Shown piece after piece: positions 25,005-38,239 of a stretch of 63,743 nt of DNA. The position numbers and the translations under genes were made by a program. The notes under the pieces were generated by a model, which saw nothing but the letters and a program-made list of their open reading frames with translations, was not told the origin of the DNA and did no database searches. The DNA comes from Octopus bimaculoides. Lineage: Eukaryota. The stretch spans positions 29,768,445 to 29,832,187 of the forward strand of contig NC_069004.1 in NCBI RefSeq assembly GCF_001194135.2. The letters run 5' to 3'. Position 1 is the first letter of the stretch; each line of letters starts with the position of its first letter.

Positions 25005-25975
25005 NNNNNNNNNNNNNNNNNNNNNNNNNNNNNNNNNNNNNNNNNNNNNNNNNNNNNNNNNNNNNNNNNNNNNNNNNNNNNNNNNNNNNNNNNNNNNNNN
25101 NNNNNNNNNNNNNNNNNNNNNNNNNNNNNNNNNNNNNNNNNNNNNNNNNNNNNNNNNNNNNNNNNNNNNNNNNNNNNNNNNNNNNNNNNNNNNCTGAAAA
25201 TTTTGGGAGGGAGCTAGTCGATTACATCGATCCCCAGTATTCATCTGGTACTTATTTTATTGACCCCCCCCCCCCAAAAGGCTGAAAGGCAAAGTCGATC
25301 TCGGCGCTACTACGGTAATAATGACGATGACTGTTTTTCGTGTCCGAAGATCGTAAGGAAGGGCGGAATGCCCTCAACTAGCTATATAATGAGATCCTTC
25401 ACGCCACAGAGCTTTTCTTCCTGCCTATGTGAGATCACATGTTAAGGTTATCGTTACAGATGTTCTATACAAACTACAGCCAGCACTCCTGTTACCAATA
25501 TTTCCATCTTCGGTCGCATTGTTGTTTACATTAGACGTCTTCGAATACGCAACGTCGTAACAAATCAGTGCTGCTTTTAACTTCTAGAGATAATCTTAAG
25601 TGATTTAATGGTATTGCTAACACAGTAAGACACAGTATTAACTTATAAAGTGTTTAACATTCTTTGTAGTATGTTATGGTTGCATAACGAAATACAACGG
25701 TGTCCCTACAAGTGCCTAAATGAGAGTCAATCTGCGCAATTCGATCCCAGTCTTTAGACTTGGAGGTCTGACCACAGCAACTCAGCAGGATAAGATGGTT
25801 GCGATGACCACCAAACTTTTGGTTTTACACTGGAATGTCCTTCTGGGTGAATTGCCTTACAGGACTGGAGATCTCCACCTACCTTGAGGTTGCTGGAAGA
25901 GGCAGCGAACTTATTTAATCGACTCCTGAAAGGGTGAAAGACAAAGTCGACATGGGGGAAAATTGGACCCGGAAC

Positions 25976-26012
<37 letters not shown>

Positions 26013-26032
26013 TGTAAATAAACCAGTACTAC

Positions 26033-26099
26033 CTTCAGCATCAACATTTGTTAAGAATTTCAAATGCTCCTTGTGTTCATCTTTTAACAAATTGAACAT
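26033..26099 (-). CDS. COMMD2: COMMD2 exon 1
   Basis: MFNLLKDEHKEHLKFLTNVDAE+G, donor GTAGTA (human MLLELSEEHKEHLAFL...). Confidence 0.92.
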
Positions 26100-26204
26100 T
26101 ATCTCATATAAATAGATGTATATATATAAATAAATGTGTATGTATGTATAAAAAGTGTGTAGAAAGCAAGCGGTCACTCCTACTATAAATGATGACAATA
26201 GCGT

Positions 26205-26280
26205 ACCGACTTCCGTTTAGCAACCAATCAACTTCCGTTTAGTAACCGAAATAACTTCCGTTTACAAACCGGAAGTTACT
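26205..26280. promoter_or_regulatory. Putative bidirectional promoter core: tandem ETS-type sites and a CCAAT box
   Basis: ACTTCCG at 26209, 26231 and 26254, CCGGAAGT at 26269, CCAAT at 26224, between divergent ATGs at 26099 (-) and 26469 (+). Confidence 0.7.
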
Positions 26281-26468
26281 ATCGGCAGCTGGTTGTTTTC
26301 ATTTTTTAAAAATATTTTGGTTCCAAAATATTTCTTTCTTCAAAACATTTTTGTTTAGTTTTGTTTTGTTTCTTGGTAAAAAAATCAGACGAATTCCTGT
26401 GGCTGAAGAAGAAGCCATGTGTTTAGGAAAGCAACGAAAACATTAATTAATATATATTTAATTAAAGA

Positions 26469-26488
26469 ATGAAAACAGAACTTTATCT
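26469..26488 (+). CDS. CEP63: CEP63-like exon 1 coding part (MKTELY+CT)
   Basis: ATG followed by a GTAAGT donor at 26489; phase 2 fits the next exon. ATG at 30485 is an alternative start. Confidence 0.65.
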
Positions 26489-27337
26489 GTAAGTATTATT
26501 GTCTTGTTTTATTGTAAATTCCTGCTGTGCTTTCGGAATCAGTCCCTCTACGTGGCACTTTGGGCAAGTGTCTCCTGCTATAGCCCGGGGCCAACCAAGG
26601 CTTTGTGAGTAAATTTGGTTGGCAGAAACTGAAAGAAATCCTTCATTGTGTGTGTGTGTGTGTATATATATACACGCATGTGTGTATACACGTGTGTGTT
26701 CTATTACCGTTGTTGGTTTGTTTACGTTCTTGTAACGTAGCAGTTTTGCGAAAGAGACCGATAAAATAAATGCCAGGCTTTAAGAAAAGAAATAAGTGCT
26801 GGCGGCGATTTGTTCGACGAAACCCTTTGAGGCGGTGCCCCAGCTTGACCGCAGTCCAATGACTGAAACAGGCTAAAAGGTAATTAATAGACGAAAGATA
26901 TGTATGTCAGTGTAAGTGTGCATGTATATGTCGACGTGACATTTTTACAAATTGGCGCCTCTTCACTTTGTTTCTTCCGTAACTTTACGCTGTATATGTT
27001 TTAGGGAAATTCTTCAAAAATTCATTTTCAAGGATGTAAAATTATGTGGCAGAATTCTGCTTTAAACACCCTATTTAAACCCTCGTAATTCTTTTTTGNN
27101 NNNNNNNNNNNNNNNNNNNNNNNNNNNNNNNNNNNNNNNNNNNNNNNNNNNNNNTGAATTTTGAATTTTCAGAAAATTTTTGCGAATTTGTGTCCTGCAT
27201 ATGGGAATTCATACGATTAGGCAAAAATCCGGAAGAAAATTTTTTGTGTGATTTAAGGGCTATTTAGCTGTTATTTTTAGCACTTCTCACAACCACCTCA
27301 TACCTTCCTCGTTTCTTTTTCACTCTGACGTATTGAT

Positions 27338-27707
27338 GTCATGGACTGCGGCCATGCTGGAGCACCGCCTTTAGTCGAGCAAATCGACCCCAGGACTTAT
27401 TCTTTGTAAGCCTGGTACTTATTCTATCGGTCTCTTTTGCTGAACCGCTAAGTTATGGGGACGTAAACACACCAGCATTGGTTGTCAAGCAATGCTAGGG
27501 GGACAAACACAGACACACAAACACACATATATATACATATATACGCTGGGCTTCTTTCAGTTTCCGTCTACCAAATCCACTCACAAGGTTTTGGTCGGCC
27601 CGAGGCAATAGTAGAAGATACTTCCCCAAGGTGCCACGCAGTGGGAATGAACCCAGAACCATGTGGTTGGTAAGCAAGCTACTTACCACACAGCCACTCC
27701 TGCGCCT
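27338..27707 (-). mobile_element. SINE family A, near full-length
   Basis: Near-identical to 7988-8397. Confidence 0.9.
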
Positions 27708-28802
27708 ATAATATATATATATATATAAAGTAAAAATGATCATAAAAGAATAAGACAACATAAAACAAGACTCACATCTTCAAATTCTTCTCCTCCACCA
27801 CTACCGCCACCACCGAGCAGTCCCCACCTGATCCACNNNNNNNNNNNNNNNNNNNNNNNNNNNNNNNNNNNNNNNNNNNNNNNNNNNNNNNCCCACTCCA
27901 TCCATCCCCACCACACACACACACACACAATCACTCAACGTGGGTCGTTTGTCAAGTTATAACAGGTTTCCTAGAGAAACAAGCAAGCAGGAGAACCACA
28001 CACACACACACACACACAGAAATCTACTCTAATAATAAATCAGGGAATGCATTCTTGCTGTGGTTGGAGGTGGAGAGGGCGGGGAAGAGAGCTGGCGACA
28101 GGGGTGGAGTCTGTATCCATGGTGATATGATACTGTATTAATCAAAACACACGGTGATACTGTTATCATTGTCGTTTGTCGTGAAATAGCCTTTAAGAAT
28201 CATATCCAGGATTTCTGGGGCTTTTTAAGGGTCTGGCATTTTTTCCCCATTTTTTGTTTTCCTTGTGAAATGGATTAAACATGTTGCAACGATGGATTCT
28301 TAATTAATTCTTACCAATCTCTGGACATCTCTATCTTCTTTGAGTAATATTACCGAAGGTATCTGTCATTTAACTGATGGCATTTTTTTTTTCCTTTCTT
28401 TTCATGTTATTTTGTTTTTCTGTTACTTGTCTCAAATATTAGACTGTGTCCATGCTGGGGCACCACATCATAAAGAGTTTTTTAGTCGATTCAGTCAACC
28501 CCAGTACTTTTTTTATTTCTTTTTTTTTGGGGGGGGGGTTAGCTTGGTACTATTCTATTGTTCTTTTTTGTTGAACTGCTATGCAGATGTAAACACACCA
28601 ACACCAGTTATCAAGCGGTGGCAGGGTCCAAACACACACGCATGCACATATACCATCAACATCATTTAATGTCTGTTGTCCATGCTGGTATGGGTTGGGT
28701 GGTTTGACCAGGGTTTATGCAACCCTTCAGTTTACAAGCTCTTGTCAAACTGCCCATCCCATGCCAGTGTGGATAACATACATTAAATGATGATGGTGAT
28801 GA

Positions 28803-28834
<32 letters not shown>

Positions 28835-30462
28835 TAGATATGTATGATAGTCTTCTTTCAGTTTCTGTCTACCAAATCCACTCACAAGGCTTTGGTCGGC
28901 TGGAGGATATAGTAGAAGACACTTGCCCAAGGTGCCACACAGTGGGACTGAACCCAGAACCATGTGGTTTGTAAGCAAGCTACTTACCACACAGCCACTC
29001 CTGCGTCTATATTATATGTGAAATTTATGTCTTTCTGCTTTTAAGTTAAATATCAGAAATTTTCTTCATTTATTTTTCTTTACTTTAAATTCTTTCTTTA
29101 AGAAGCTTCATAACATCTCGGATTTTCTTTTCTTTTTTTCTATATGTATAAAAANNNNNNNNNNNNNNNNNNNNNNNNNNNNNNNNNNNNNNNNNNNNNN
29201 NNNNNNNNNNNNNNNNNNNNNNNNNNNNNNNNNNNNNNNNNNNNNNNNNNNNNNNNNNNNNNNNNNNNNNNNNNNNNNNNNNNNNNNNNNNNNNNNNNNN
29301 NNNNNNNNNNNNNNNNNNNNNNNNNNNNNNNNNNNNNNNNNNNNNNNNNNNNNNNNNNNNNNNNNNNNNNNNNNNNNNNNNNNNNNNNNNNNNNNNNNNN
29401 NNNNNNNNNNNNNNNNNNNNNNNNNNNNNNNNNNNNNNNNNNNNNNNNNNNNNNNNNNNNNNNNNNNNNNNNNNNNNNNNNNNNNNNNNNNNNNNNNNNN
29501 NNNNNNNNNNNNNNNNNNNNNNNNNNNNNNNNNNNNNNNNNNNNNNNNNNNNNNNNNNNNNNNNNNNNNNNNNNNNNNNNNNNNNNNNNNNNNNNNNNNN
29601 NNNNNNNNNNNNNNNNNNNNNNNNNNNNNNNATTGGCCAGTCAGCAGCCAGACTTCACATGATAGATCATCTAAATCAGGGGTTCTTAACCAGGGCCCAT
29701 ATCGACTCTGAGGGTCCACAGATGCAAATAGTAAATTGGGGATCCATGGCAATTTTTCATCATCATCATCATTGTTTAACGTCCGCTTTCCATGCTAGCA
29801 TGGGTTGGACGATTTGACTGAGGACTGGTGAAACCAGATTGCTACACTAGGCTCCAATCTGATTTGGCAGAGTTTCTACAGCTGGATGCCCTTCTTAACG
29901 CCAACCACGTGCCACCGGCACGAAGGCCAGTCAGGCGGTACTGGCAACGGCCACGCTCAAAATGGTGTATTTTACATGCCACCTGCACAGCCATGAAAAA
30001 ACTGTGCTTTAGACAAGTGTTTTAAATCTGGGTTTTGTCTCTGTTAACGGGGGTGACTGGATCTACCTCAATGCCATAGCAACTGAGGTAGGCAGGTGCA
30101 GCCCGCCCCAACCTTTGGGCTGGCTGGTGCCCATTCTCTTTTGCTACCATGAAGCTTTTTTGGAGCTGGATTTTCTATGGAGAGCATGCCCTTGCTTACC
30201 CCCAACCTCAGTTTCTAGACATGAGTTGTCCCGAGACCAAGGCCTCTACCACGATTTTTAAGAAATGTGGAAAACTAGCTCAGGAAGGCAGGGATGCTAT
30301 TCCCTGAGACCCCTTTTGGAGCCTCCCCCCCACCTAAATAAATTGGTTATTCTTCCACAATATGCAAAATATTAAATATAAGGAATGTCTCCAGCTAGTA
30401 TAAACATGATTGATAAGGTTTCAGTTCTTATGATTCTCCCTTTTACCTCTGTTCCTCTTCAG

Positions 30463-30655
30463 ACTCCCGGTTGATGGCGTTTTGATGAGATCCTGTGAGC
30501 AAGAATTACAAGAATTGGTTCAACATATCGATATTCTTGTCAAGAACCGCGAGACCGACTTGAAACAACAAGTTAAGAAAGTTTATAAACATTTTGAGAA
30601 AAAGACGAAGGAATGTCAGCAACAGAAAATAACTCTTGAAGAGAATTCCAAAAAG
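30463..30655 (+). CDS. CEP63: CEP63-like exon 2
   Basis: LPVDGVLMRSCEQELQELVQHIDILVKNRE...ENSKK; acceptor cctcttcag, donor GTCAGT. Confidence 0.9.
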
Positions 30656-31408
30656 GTCAGTCACAGACTTTCAAAGCTTTATCTGTAAGTTTACTTACCA
30701 ATCATGTGAGTTCAGGTTCAATTACATTGCGTGGCACTTTATGCATACTTAACCACAGACTGACCGGTCTTGTGACTGGATTTTGTAGGTGGAAACTGAA
30801 AGAAGCCCATTATATTTTTATGTGTGTGTATATGTATATGTATATATATGTTATTCAAAGGAATTCCAAATTTGTCTGTTTTTTATGTTTTATTTATATT
30901 CTTATAACATTAATGTAGGATATAGAATATATAATATATTCAGTAAAATGAAATGAAGTATTGATTGTCTTATTGAATAAATGAAATATTGAATATTAAG
31001 GGACTAGTATACTTTCTTGCATTTTAGCAGTCTTCAAGGTCCCACGCTGTATATTAATGACTTGTAGGAACACAGCGTTTCATTATGCAATCGCATAAGC
31101 TATGAGATAATGCGTGATTAATTCAAACAATGTGAATGAATAAGCAGCACATTCGACAGTAATATGAACGCTAAAGGGTTAAAACAGCCATAACTGGCCC
31201 AAATATTCTTCTACTTGATTTATGTTCAAACTGGCCAGATCGAGCCTCTCACACCTACCCTACAACATCATTTGATAAATAAATAATCACATCATCAAAA
31301 TCTCGAAGCTACAAGATAATGCATGATCAATTCAAAACAATGCGAATAAATAAGCAATATGTCTGACTGAGCAACCTGAATGCTAAATGGTTAAATTTTC
31401 TTTGGCAG

Positions 31409-31504
31409 ATCCTGGCACTGCAGTCTCAGGTTGATTGGCTCACAGCAGAGAAACAGAAAGCAGAAGAGATACACGAGACGCAAGTGACAAATCTCAAGTC
31501 AAAG
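31409..31504 (+). CDS. CEP63: CEP63-like exon 3
   Basis: ILALQSQVDWLTAEKQKAEEIHETQVTNLKSK, phase 0-0. Confidence 0.87.
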
Positions 31505-32352
31505 GTAAAGCAATTTCGTCAAATTCTTTGGATTTTATTTACTGTTTTTTATTATTACTACTTTTTGTTGGCCCCCATTGTTTTGCAAACGGAATAAATA
31601 ATATTCTGTTTCCTCAAACTACAGCCAATCAGCATTGTCATCATCAGTGTCCACTTTCCATGGGTTAGACAGTTTGACCAGAGCTGATGGGCTGCACCAG
31701 ACTCCAGTCTGATTTGGCCTGGTTTCTACGGATGGATGCCCTTCCTAATGCCAACCACTCCGAGAGTGTAGTGGGTACTTTTATGTGCCACCAGCACGAG
31801 GGTCAGTCGGGCGGTACTGGCGACAGCCACGCTCAAATGGTGTTTTTTATGTGCCACCTGCACAGGAGCCAGTCCAGCGGCACTGGCAACGACCTTGCTC
31901 GAACGTTGTTTTTCACGTGCCAATAAGGCGACACTGGTAACGATCACGCTCGAATGGTGCTTTTTATGTGCCACTGGCATAGGAACCATTCAGTGACCCT
32001 GGCAACGGTCACGCTTGGATGGTGCCTTAACATTCCACTGGCACAGGTGCCAGTCAGACAGTGCTGTCATCGGCCACGTCAGCGGATTTGATTTTGATTT
32101 CTTTTACTTGTTTCAGTCATTTGACTGTGGCCATGCTGAAGCAATGCCTCGAAGAGTTTTAGTTGAACGAATTGCCAGATCAGACTGGAGCCTGGTGCAG
32201 CCATCTGGCTCGCCAGTCCTCAGTCAAACCGTCCAACCCATGCCAGCATGGAAAGCAGACGTTAAACGATGATGATGATGATAAATTATTATGTTCTTCA
32301 TCATTCTTTGATTTCTCCCAATGAGTTTTTGCTTTGCTTTTTGCCATTTCAG

Positions 32353-32496
32353 GCAGCTCTTCTAAGAACCGAACATGAGCGGCTGCACAAGACATTCTTG
32401 CGCAAGATGCACAACATGGAGAAACGCAGCAAATCTGCTGATGGACATGACGACAATAAAAACCAGCAAATCCAGCAGCTTACAGAAAAGCTAAAG
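32353..32496 (+). CDS. CEP63: CEP63-like exon 4
   Basis: AALLRTEHERLHKTFLRK...QIQQLTEKLK, phase 0-0. Confidence 0.88.
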
Positions 32497-33549
32497 GTAA
32501 TGTCCTCCCTTTTATCTTTTCAGGGTCAGTAATAAATTAGAGTACAAGTCGAGTACTGTACTGGGGTCAATGAAATTGATTAACCCCTTTCCCTTCAAAA
32601 CTGCTCAACTTGTACCTAAACCAGAAACCATTATTATTATTATAATCATCATCGTCATCATCACCACCACCATCATTAACATTATTATTATTATTGAGTG
32701 AAATAACAGTGCATGCCATCAAAGTGACACTGGGGTAAAAAAATACGAAGCCCAGTATACCCCTCGTGACTACCTGTCTGATAAGGGTACACCAGGCACA
32801 TGCATCACAACCATATGTGCACGACATGGTGATCTTATATCAAGATAAACAGCGCATGACCTTGCAGGTGGGGCCCAGTTAGAATTTTCTTCAGGTCGAG
32901 TAGCCCATCCCGCTCAGAAGGTCCCTGAATAAGGTTTGTTTAAGGATGTTGAGCAAAACACCCTTGTTTCCAAAGGTGAATTATTCAAACCCCAAAGAAT
33001 TCCTCTTAACACATGGCTATGATGCTCTCCCACTACTTCTGCTTGAGATCAGAGATGCACATATCATCAACCATTAAGGGACATGCTCAACTAGTTAAGG
33101 TCAAACAACTGACAAGCAAATCTGTGGTATTGAGCAGAATATTTGCTGTAGCCCATCTTTTTATACCAAGACAAAACAATGTACATGATAGCACTTCCAA
33201 TCAATTAAGATAAGAAGCCATGAGAACCACTGCCTAATACTGCATCCGGGCATTTATTATTATTATTATTATTATTATCATTATTATTAGGGTAGCGAGC
33301 TGGTAGAATAGTCAGCACATCAGGCAAAATGCTTAGTGGCATTCTGTCCATCCTTACATTCTGAGTTCAAATTCCACCAAGGTTGTCTTTGTTTTTCATC
33401 CTTTTGGGGTCGAAAAAATAAGTACCAGTTGAACACAGGGGGTCGATGCAATCAACTAGCCCCCTCCCTTGAATATATCGGCCTTGTGCCAAAATTTGAA
33501 ACCATTATTACTATTATTATTGTTATTTTGATATAATTATTTTATGCAG

Positions 33550-33654
33550 GAATGTGAGAATCAATTGAAAGCTGTTCAAGAGGAAAAAGACATCCTCCAG
33601 GGAAAGTTTGAATCCATGGAATCTGAATGCAAAGTTTTACAAAGGAAACGAGAG
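33550..33654 (+). CDS. CEP63: CEP63-like exon 5
   Basis: ECENQLKAVQEEKDILQGKFESMESECKVLQRKRE, phase 0-0. Confidence 0.87.
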
Positions 33655-34456
33655 GTAAAAATCACTTTGCTTCCCATACCACCATCACCACCACCTTCTC
33701 CTCCTCCTCCTCCCTCTTAATGGTAGGTCTTCCTTTAAACTTAATTTGATAACAACAGGATGCTGCTCCTGTCACCAACTCCCCACTTGTTTCCAAGCAA
33801 GGTAATATTTTCCACATGACCAGACATGCTTTTCATGGAAGATTGGAGAAGAATAACACTCGTTTACAACCATCATGCGATGACAGGACCAGACACACAT
33901 ATGTACACAATAGGCTTCTTTCATGTTCTGTCAACTGAATTCTTTCACAAGGTTTTGGTCAGCCCAGCGCTGTAGCAGAAGACTCTTGCTCCAGGTGCCA
34001 CACAGTGAGACTGAACCTAAAAAAAATGGCAGAAATCGATAAAATAAAACCAGACAATACTTACAGATAAAGGTTCAGTTTTCGTTCTTTAATTATTTAT
34101 AAACATACAGGTGCAGGAGTGGCTGTGTGGTAAGAAGCTTGCTTCCCAACCACATGGTTCTGAGTTCAGTCCCACTGCATGGCACTTTGGGCAAGTGTCC
34201 TCTACTTGTATTTGTGTGAATTTGAATATGTTAACCACTACACCATATACCTGTATTTATTGTATTAGATGTATTATATTCTGAGTTCAAATTCTGGTGA
34301 GGTCAACTTTGCCTTTCATCCTTTCGGGGTCAATAAATTAAGTACCAGTGAAACACTGGGGGTTGATGTAATCGGCTAGTCCCTTCCCCCAAAATATCAG
34401 GCTTTGTGCTTTTAGTAGAAAGGATTATATTATAGATATTATCTATTGGATTTCAG

Positions 34457-34581
34457 AATTTGGAAGCTGCAAACGAGAGTCTCACAATGAATCTTGAAGA
34501 ATCTGAAAAACAGCGACAGGAAGGCGAACACGAAATCTATAAATTCCGACTTTTGGTTAAGCAGCAGAATGACGACCTGGT
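34457..34581 (+). CDS. CEP63: CEP63-like exon 6
   Basis: NLEAANESLTMNLEESEKQRQEGEHEIYKFRLLVKQQNDDL+GT, donor GTAAGT, phase 2. Confidence 0.86.
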
Positions 34582-35061
34582 GTAAGTACAAATATTGTTG
34601 GGATTGATATGGAATTACGTTTAGGTTGCTGGCATGGCTGTGTGGTTAAGAGACTTGCTGCCAAACCAAGTGGTCTCAGGTTCAGTCCCCACTGCACGGC
34701 ACCTTGGGCAAGTCTTGTACTATAGCCTCAGGTCAACTAAAGCTTTGTGAGTTAATTTCGTTGACAGAAATTGAAAGAAGCTTACCATGTATATATATAT
34801 ATATATATATTAATAATAAAGAGGGTAAAATTAATTAATAATTTTACCAAGTAGATCGGTACATTAAAATAACCTTTCTAGGTAAAATTATACAAATATT
34901 CTATAATTATAAACATACTTATAACTAGATGTCAGCTAATTGCTTTGCCACACACCTAATTTAGAAATAGGAGCTAAAAATTCCTTTTCTAATACCACAA
35001 CTAATCTCCTTAGATTTTGATGATTGTATTTAATCGTCTGTGAATTGCGGTTTCGTTTCAG

Positions 35062-35200
35062 TGACTATGGTAAATCTGATGACCTCCTCAAGAGAGCTGT
35101 AATTACATTGAGGACCGATCTGCAAACAAAAATAGCCACCATCACCAACCTGCAGTCCGAACTCGAACAGTACAAAGAAGATCAAGCACATCGAATGAAG
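35062..35200 (+). CDS. CEP63: CEP63-like exon 7
   Basis: DYGKSDDLLKRAVITLRTDLQTKIATITNLQSELEQYKEDQAHRMK. Confidence 0.87.
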
Positions 35201-35823
35201 GTTAGTGGCAAATGGATAGATACCTGGGTAGTTTACATAAACATCATCATCACCATCATCATTTAACATCTGTTTTCCATGCTGGCAATGGGTTGGACGG
35301 TTTGACTGAAAACTGGTGAGCTGCACCAGGCTCCAGTCTGATTTGGCATGGTTTCTACAGCTGGATGCCCTTCCTAATGCCAATCACTCTGAGAGTGTAG
35401 TGGGTGCTTTTTACATATCACTGGCACAGGTGCCAGTTACATAACACAAACATTGGCCACTTCTACGATCTCACTTGGCTTGACAGGTCTTCTTGAGCAC
35501 AGGATATTGCCAAAGGTCTCGGTCACTTACTGGGCGTGTGTGGCAAGAGAGGTTTTCTGAAAACCTACGATTGCTTTAATAACAGCTTAACTCCTTTTCT
35601 TCTGACTTTAACTCTTTAGAATTCAGGTAGAGTGTTTGGGCCAGATTTGGCTGGTTTAAATGCTAAAAGTTTAATTGATTATCTTTTATCTTAATTCATC
35701 ACTTCGATGTAAAGAAAATGATGAATAGATTCTAAGCACAAAATAATTTTTTTTTTTCTTTCCAGATAAAAATAATTTCTAAATCCAGGGTGGTTTCATA
35801 TATTTCTTGTTTCTTAATTACAG

Positions 35824-35946
35824 AATGACTACGAGATGCTGGAAACTCTACAGAATGAGAACCAGCAACTTCATCAAGATCTGGTCAAGCATAAAGAATA
35901 TATGAAAGAGTATTCTAGTCTGAAAGAACAGTTAGAGTTATTAAAG
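35824..35946 (+). CDS. CEP63: CEP63-like exon 8
   Basis: NDYEMLETLQNENQQLHQDLVKHKEYMKEYSSLKEQLELLK, phase 0-0. Confidence 0.87.
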
Positions 35947-36589
35947 GTGGGTAAAAACTTTTTAAAATCTTGATCTCTGTTGTAGGCCATAACCCTGCCC
36001 CTTGACTGGCCTTTTGTGCCAGTGGCGCATAAAAAGCACTACCTGAACGTGATTGATGCCAGGCCCACCTGACTGGTTCTTCTGCTAGTGGCACATAAAA
36101 AGCACCCACTACATTCTGAGAGTGGTTGGCATTAGGAAGAGCATCCAGCTGTAGAAACATTGCCAGATTGGAGTCTGGTGTGGCCGCTGGCTTTTCAGAC
36201 CTCAGTCAAACCGTCCAACCCATACCAGCATGGAAAACGGACGTTAAACGATGATGATGATGATGATGAGGTGCTACTCTTAATTTAGACTGGTGACCTA
36301 ATGTCATTCTAAGATGAAAGAAGAGTTAAGACACCGAGCTAGCAGAATTGTTACCTCCCAGAAAAATTGCTTAATGGCAGTTCCTATGGATTTATGTTCT
36401 GAGTTCAAATGCTGCTGGGGTTGACTTTGCCTTTCATTCTTTCAGGGTCAATAACTTAAGTACCAGTTGATCACTGGGGTCAATGTAAACAGACTTACCC
36501 CACCTCCCTCGAAACTGCTAGCCTTGTGCCAAAATTTGAAACCATTATGAAAGAAGGGTTAGAGGTATTGAAGGTGAGTGAATACTCCC

Positions 36590-37070
36590 AAAACAGCACC
36601 ATCTCAGACTTCCTCTAAATATGAGTGACACTCGGCCAGAGCTCTCACTGTCACTCCAAACTCTGGGCATTGCTATCACTGAAGATTTCGCCTAACGAAA
36701 GTACATCCTTAGCATAGCTAAGACTACACCCCAACAAACAGGTCCTTCTCTTCCAAAACCAGAAGATGCTTCAATTTCCAACAGTTACTCTACAAGTCTC
36801 AAAATATGGCCCAAAATTGAGTTCTGTTCCCACATTTGGGACATTGCTGCTGTCATGCACACATTCTGGGCCACATCTAGAGAAGAGCCACTCAAATGAT
36901 TGGTACTCCATCACTGATGGACACACTCCAAATCCTGGTCCACAGCTGCGATGTCTCCTTCCTCCATCTTTCATTTTGCTATTTTAATGGTCCCTGCTCC
37001 TCAGAGCTGGTTAGTCGTATACTTCCACCACTTGGGCACTTTCAACCCAATTGTCTCTCTCCACCCAGTG
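36590..37070 (+). mobile_element. CR1/L2-type LINE reverse transcriptase C-terminal relic
   Basis: Frameshifted LGIAITEDFA*RKYILSIAK...LLYKSQ-IWPKIEFCSHIWG...RRATQMIGTPSL..LQILVHSCDVSFLHLSFCYFNGPCSSEL. Confidence 0.78.
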
Positions 37071-37148
37071 CCACTTTTAAAAATTGGATATTAAATGGGA
37101 ATGGTGATATGTGTATGTATCTATTCTTTTATTTTTGTTTCTTATTAG

Positions 37149-37279
37149 GCCGAGAAAGTTGTTTTGGGGAAAATAATCTCGGATCAAACCGAGAAACTGA
37201 AGAACCACAAAACGAAAATGCAGTTGAAGATTGATGAAGTGGAAGAGAATTTTGATGAGGTTTGGATGGCACAAGCCAG
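37149..37279 (+). CDS. CEP63: CEP63-like exon 9
   Basis: AEKVVLGKIISDQTEKLKNHKTKMQLKIDEVEENFDEVWMAQA+AG; phase 2 fits exon 10. Confidence 0.82.
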
Positions 37280-37868
37280 GTGGGTAACTTTATAGCTTTT
37301 TCCTTTGAGTAAAGAAAACAGAATCATTTATATTTTGATCTTTTTAGCATGGAGGGTCCCAGCCTAAGGGATGGGTTATAATTTTGAAAGGGTTGCATAG
37401 ACAAACTCCTTGACTTTTGAAATATTTAACAGAATGTAAAATGGTAAACAATATAGGTGCAGGCAGGGCTGTGTGGTAAGAAGTTTGTTTCCCAATCTCA
37501 TGGTTCCAGGTTCAGTTCCACTGCATGACACTTCGGGCAAGTGTCATCTACTATAACCTCGGACCAACCAAAGCCTTGTGAATAGATTTTGGTAGACAGA
37601 AACTGAAAGAAGCCCATCGCATGTGTGTATGTGTGTATGTATGTAGGTAGGTAGGCAAGCACAAGCATGGCTGTGTAATAAGAGGTTTGCTTCCCGACCA
37701 CATGGTTCTAGGTTCAATCTCTTTGTGTGGCACCTTGGGCAAGTATCTTCTACTATAACCTCAGACTGAATAAGGTGTTTTGTTTTGTTTTTTATCATAT
37801 TTGGTGTTTTTGTTTAGCTGAGCTATTTTGCAAAGTTCTGTTTTCTTACCCCACCGCGTTAATTACAG

Positions 37869-37954
37869 GAACGTTGACGAGGAAACAGCAAAATTAGAAT
37901 TACAACTGATAAATCAGCAACAAAACAGACAAGAAAAGGAAGAATTTTACGAAG
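37869..37954 (+). CDS. CEP63: CEP63-like exon 10
   Basis: NVDEETAKLELQLINQQQNRQEKEEFYE+G, donor GTAAGA. Confidence 0.83.
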
Positions 37955-38239
37955 GTAAGATTCTCTCTTCATTTATCCTTTCATTTCTGGAGAAGAGAAT
38001 TGGCTCAAAACATTGACGAGTTCTTCCAATTCTCTTGAACATCATCCTAATATACCTTGTTTGTTTGTTTTGGTTTTTTACTTCATCTTCATGTTGTTTT
38101 TTTTTTTTTTTTGCACCACACACACATGAAGGTAAGATCCAAGGATCCAAGTGTAGGGAGTTAGTAAGCTTCAAGCAGTCTGTAGAAAGTATAAAGAACA
38201 ACTTTCAGGGGCAATAGTGTTTTATTGATATGCAGATGC

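Larger units (their letters stand above)
20105..26099 (-). other. COMMD2: COMMD2 gene span, 5 coding exons, 600 nt CDS, 199 aa
   Basis: Exons 26099-26033, 23952-23875, 22558-22476, 21332-21159, 20302-20105 (67+78+83+174+198 nt) join in frame with GT-AG sites. Length and motifs match recalled human COMMD2. Confidence 0.95.

Noticed and set aside
38100-38140. Second gaagGTAAGA donor after CEP63 exon 10 as a microexon
   Set aside because: No AG acceptor after the poly-T tract.
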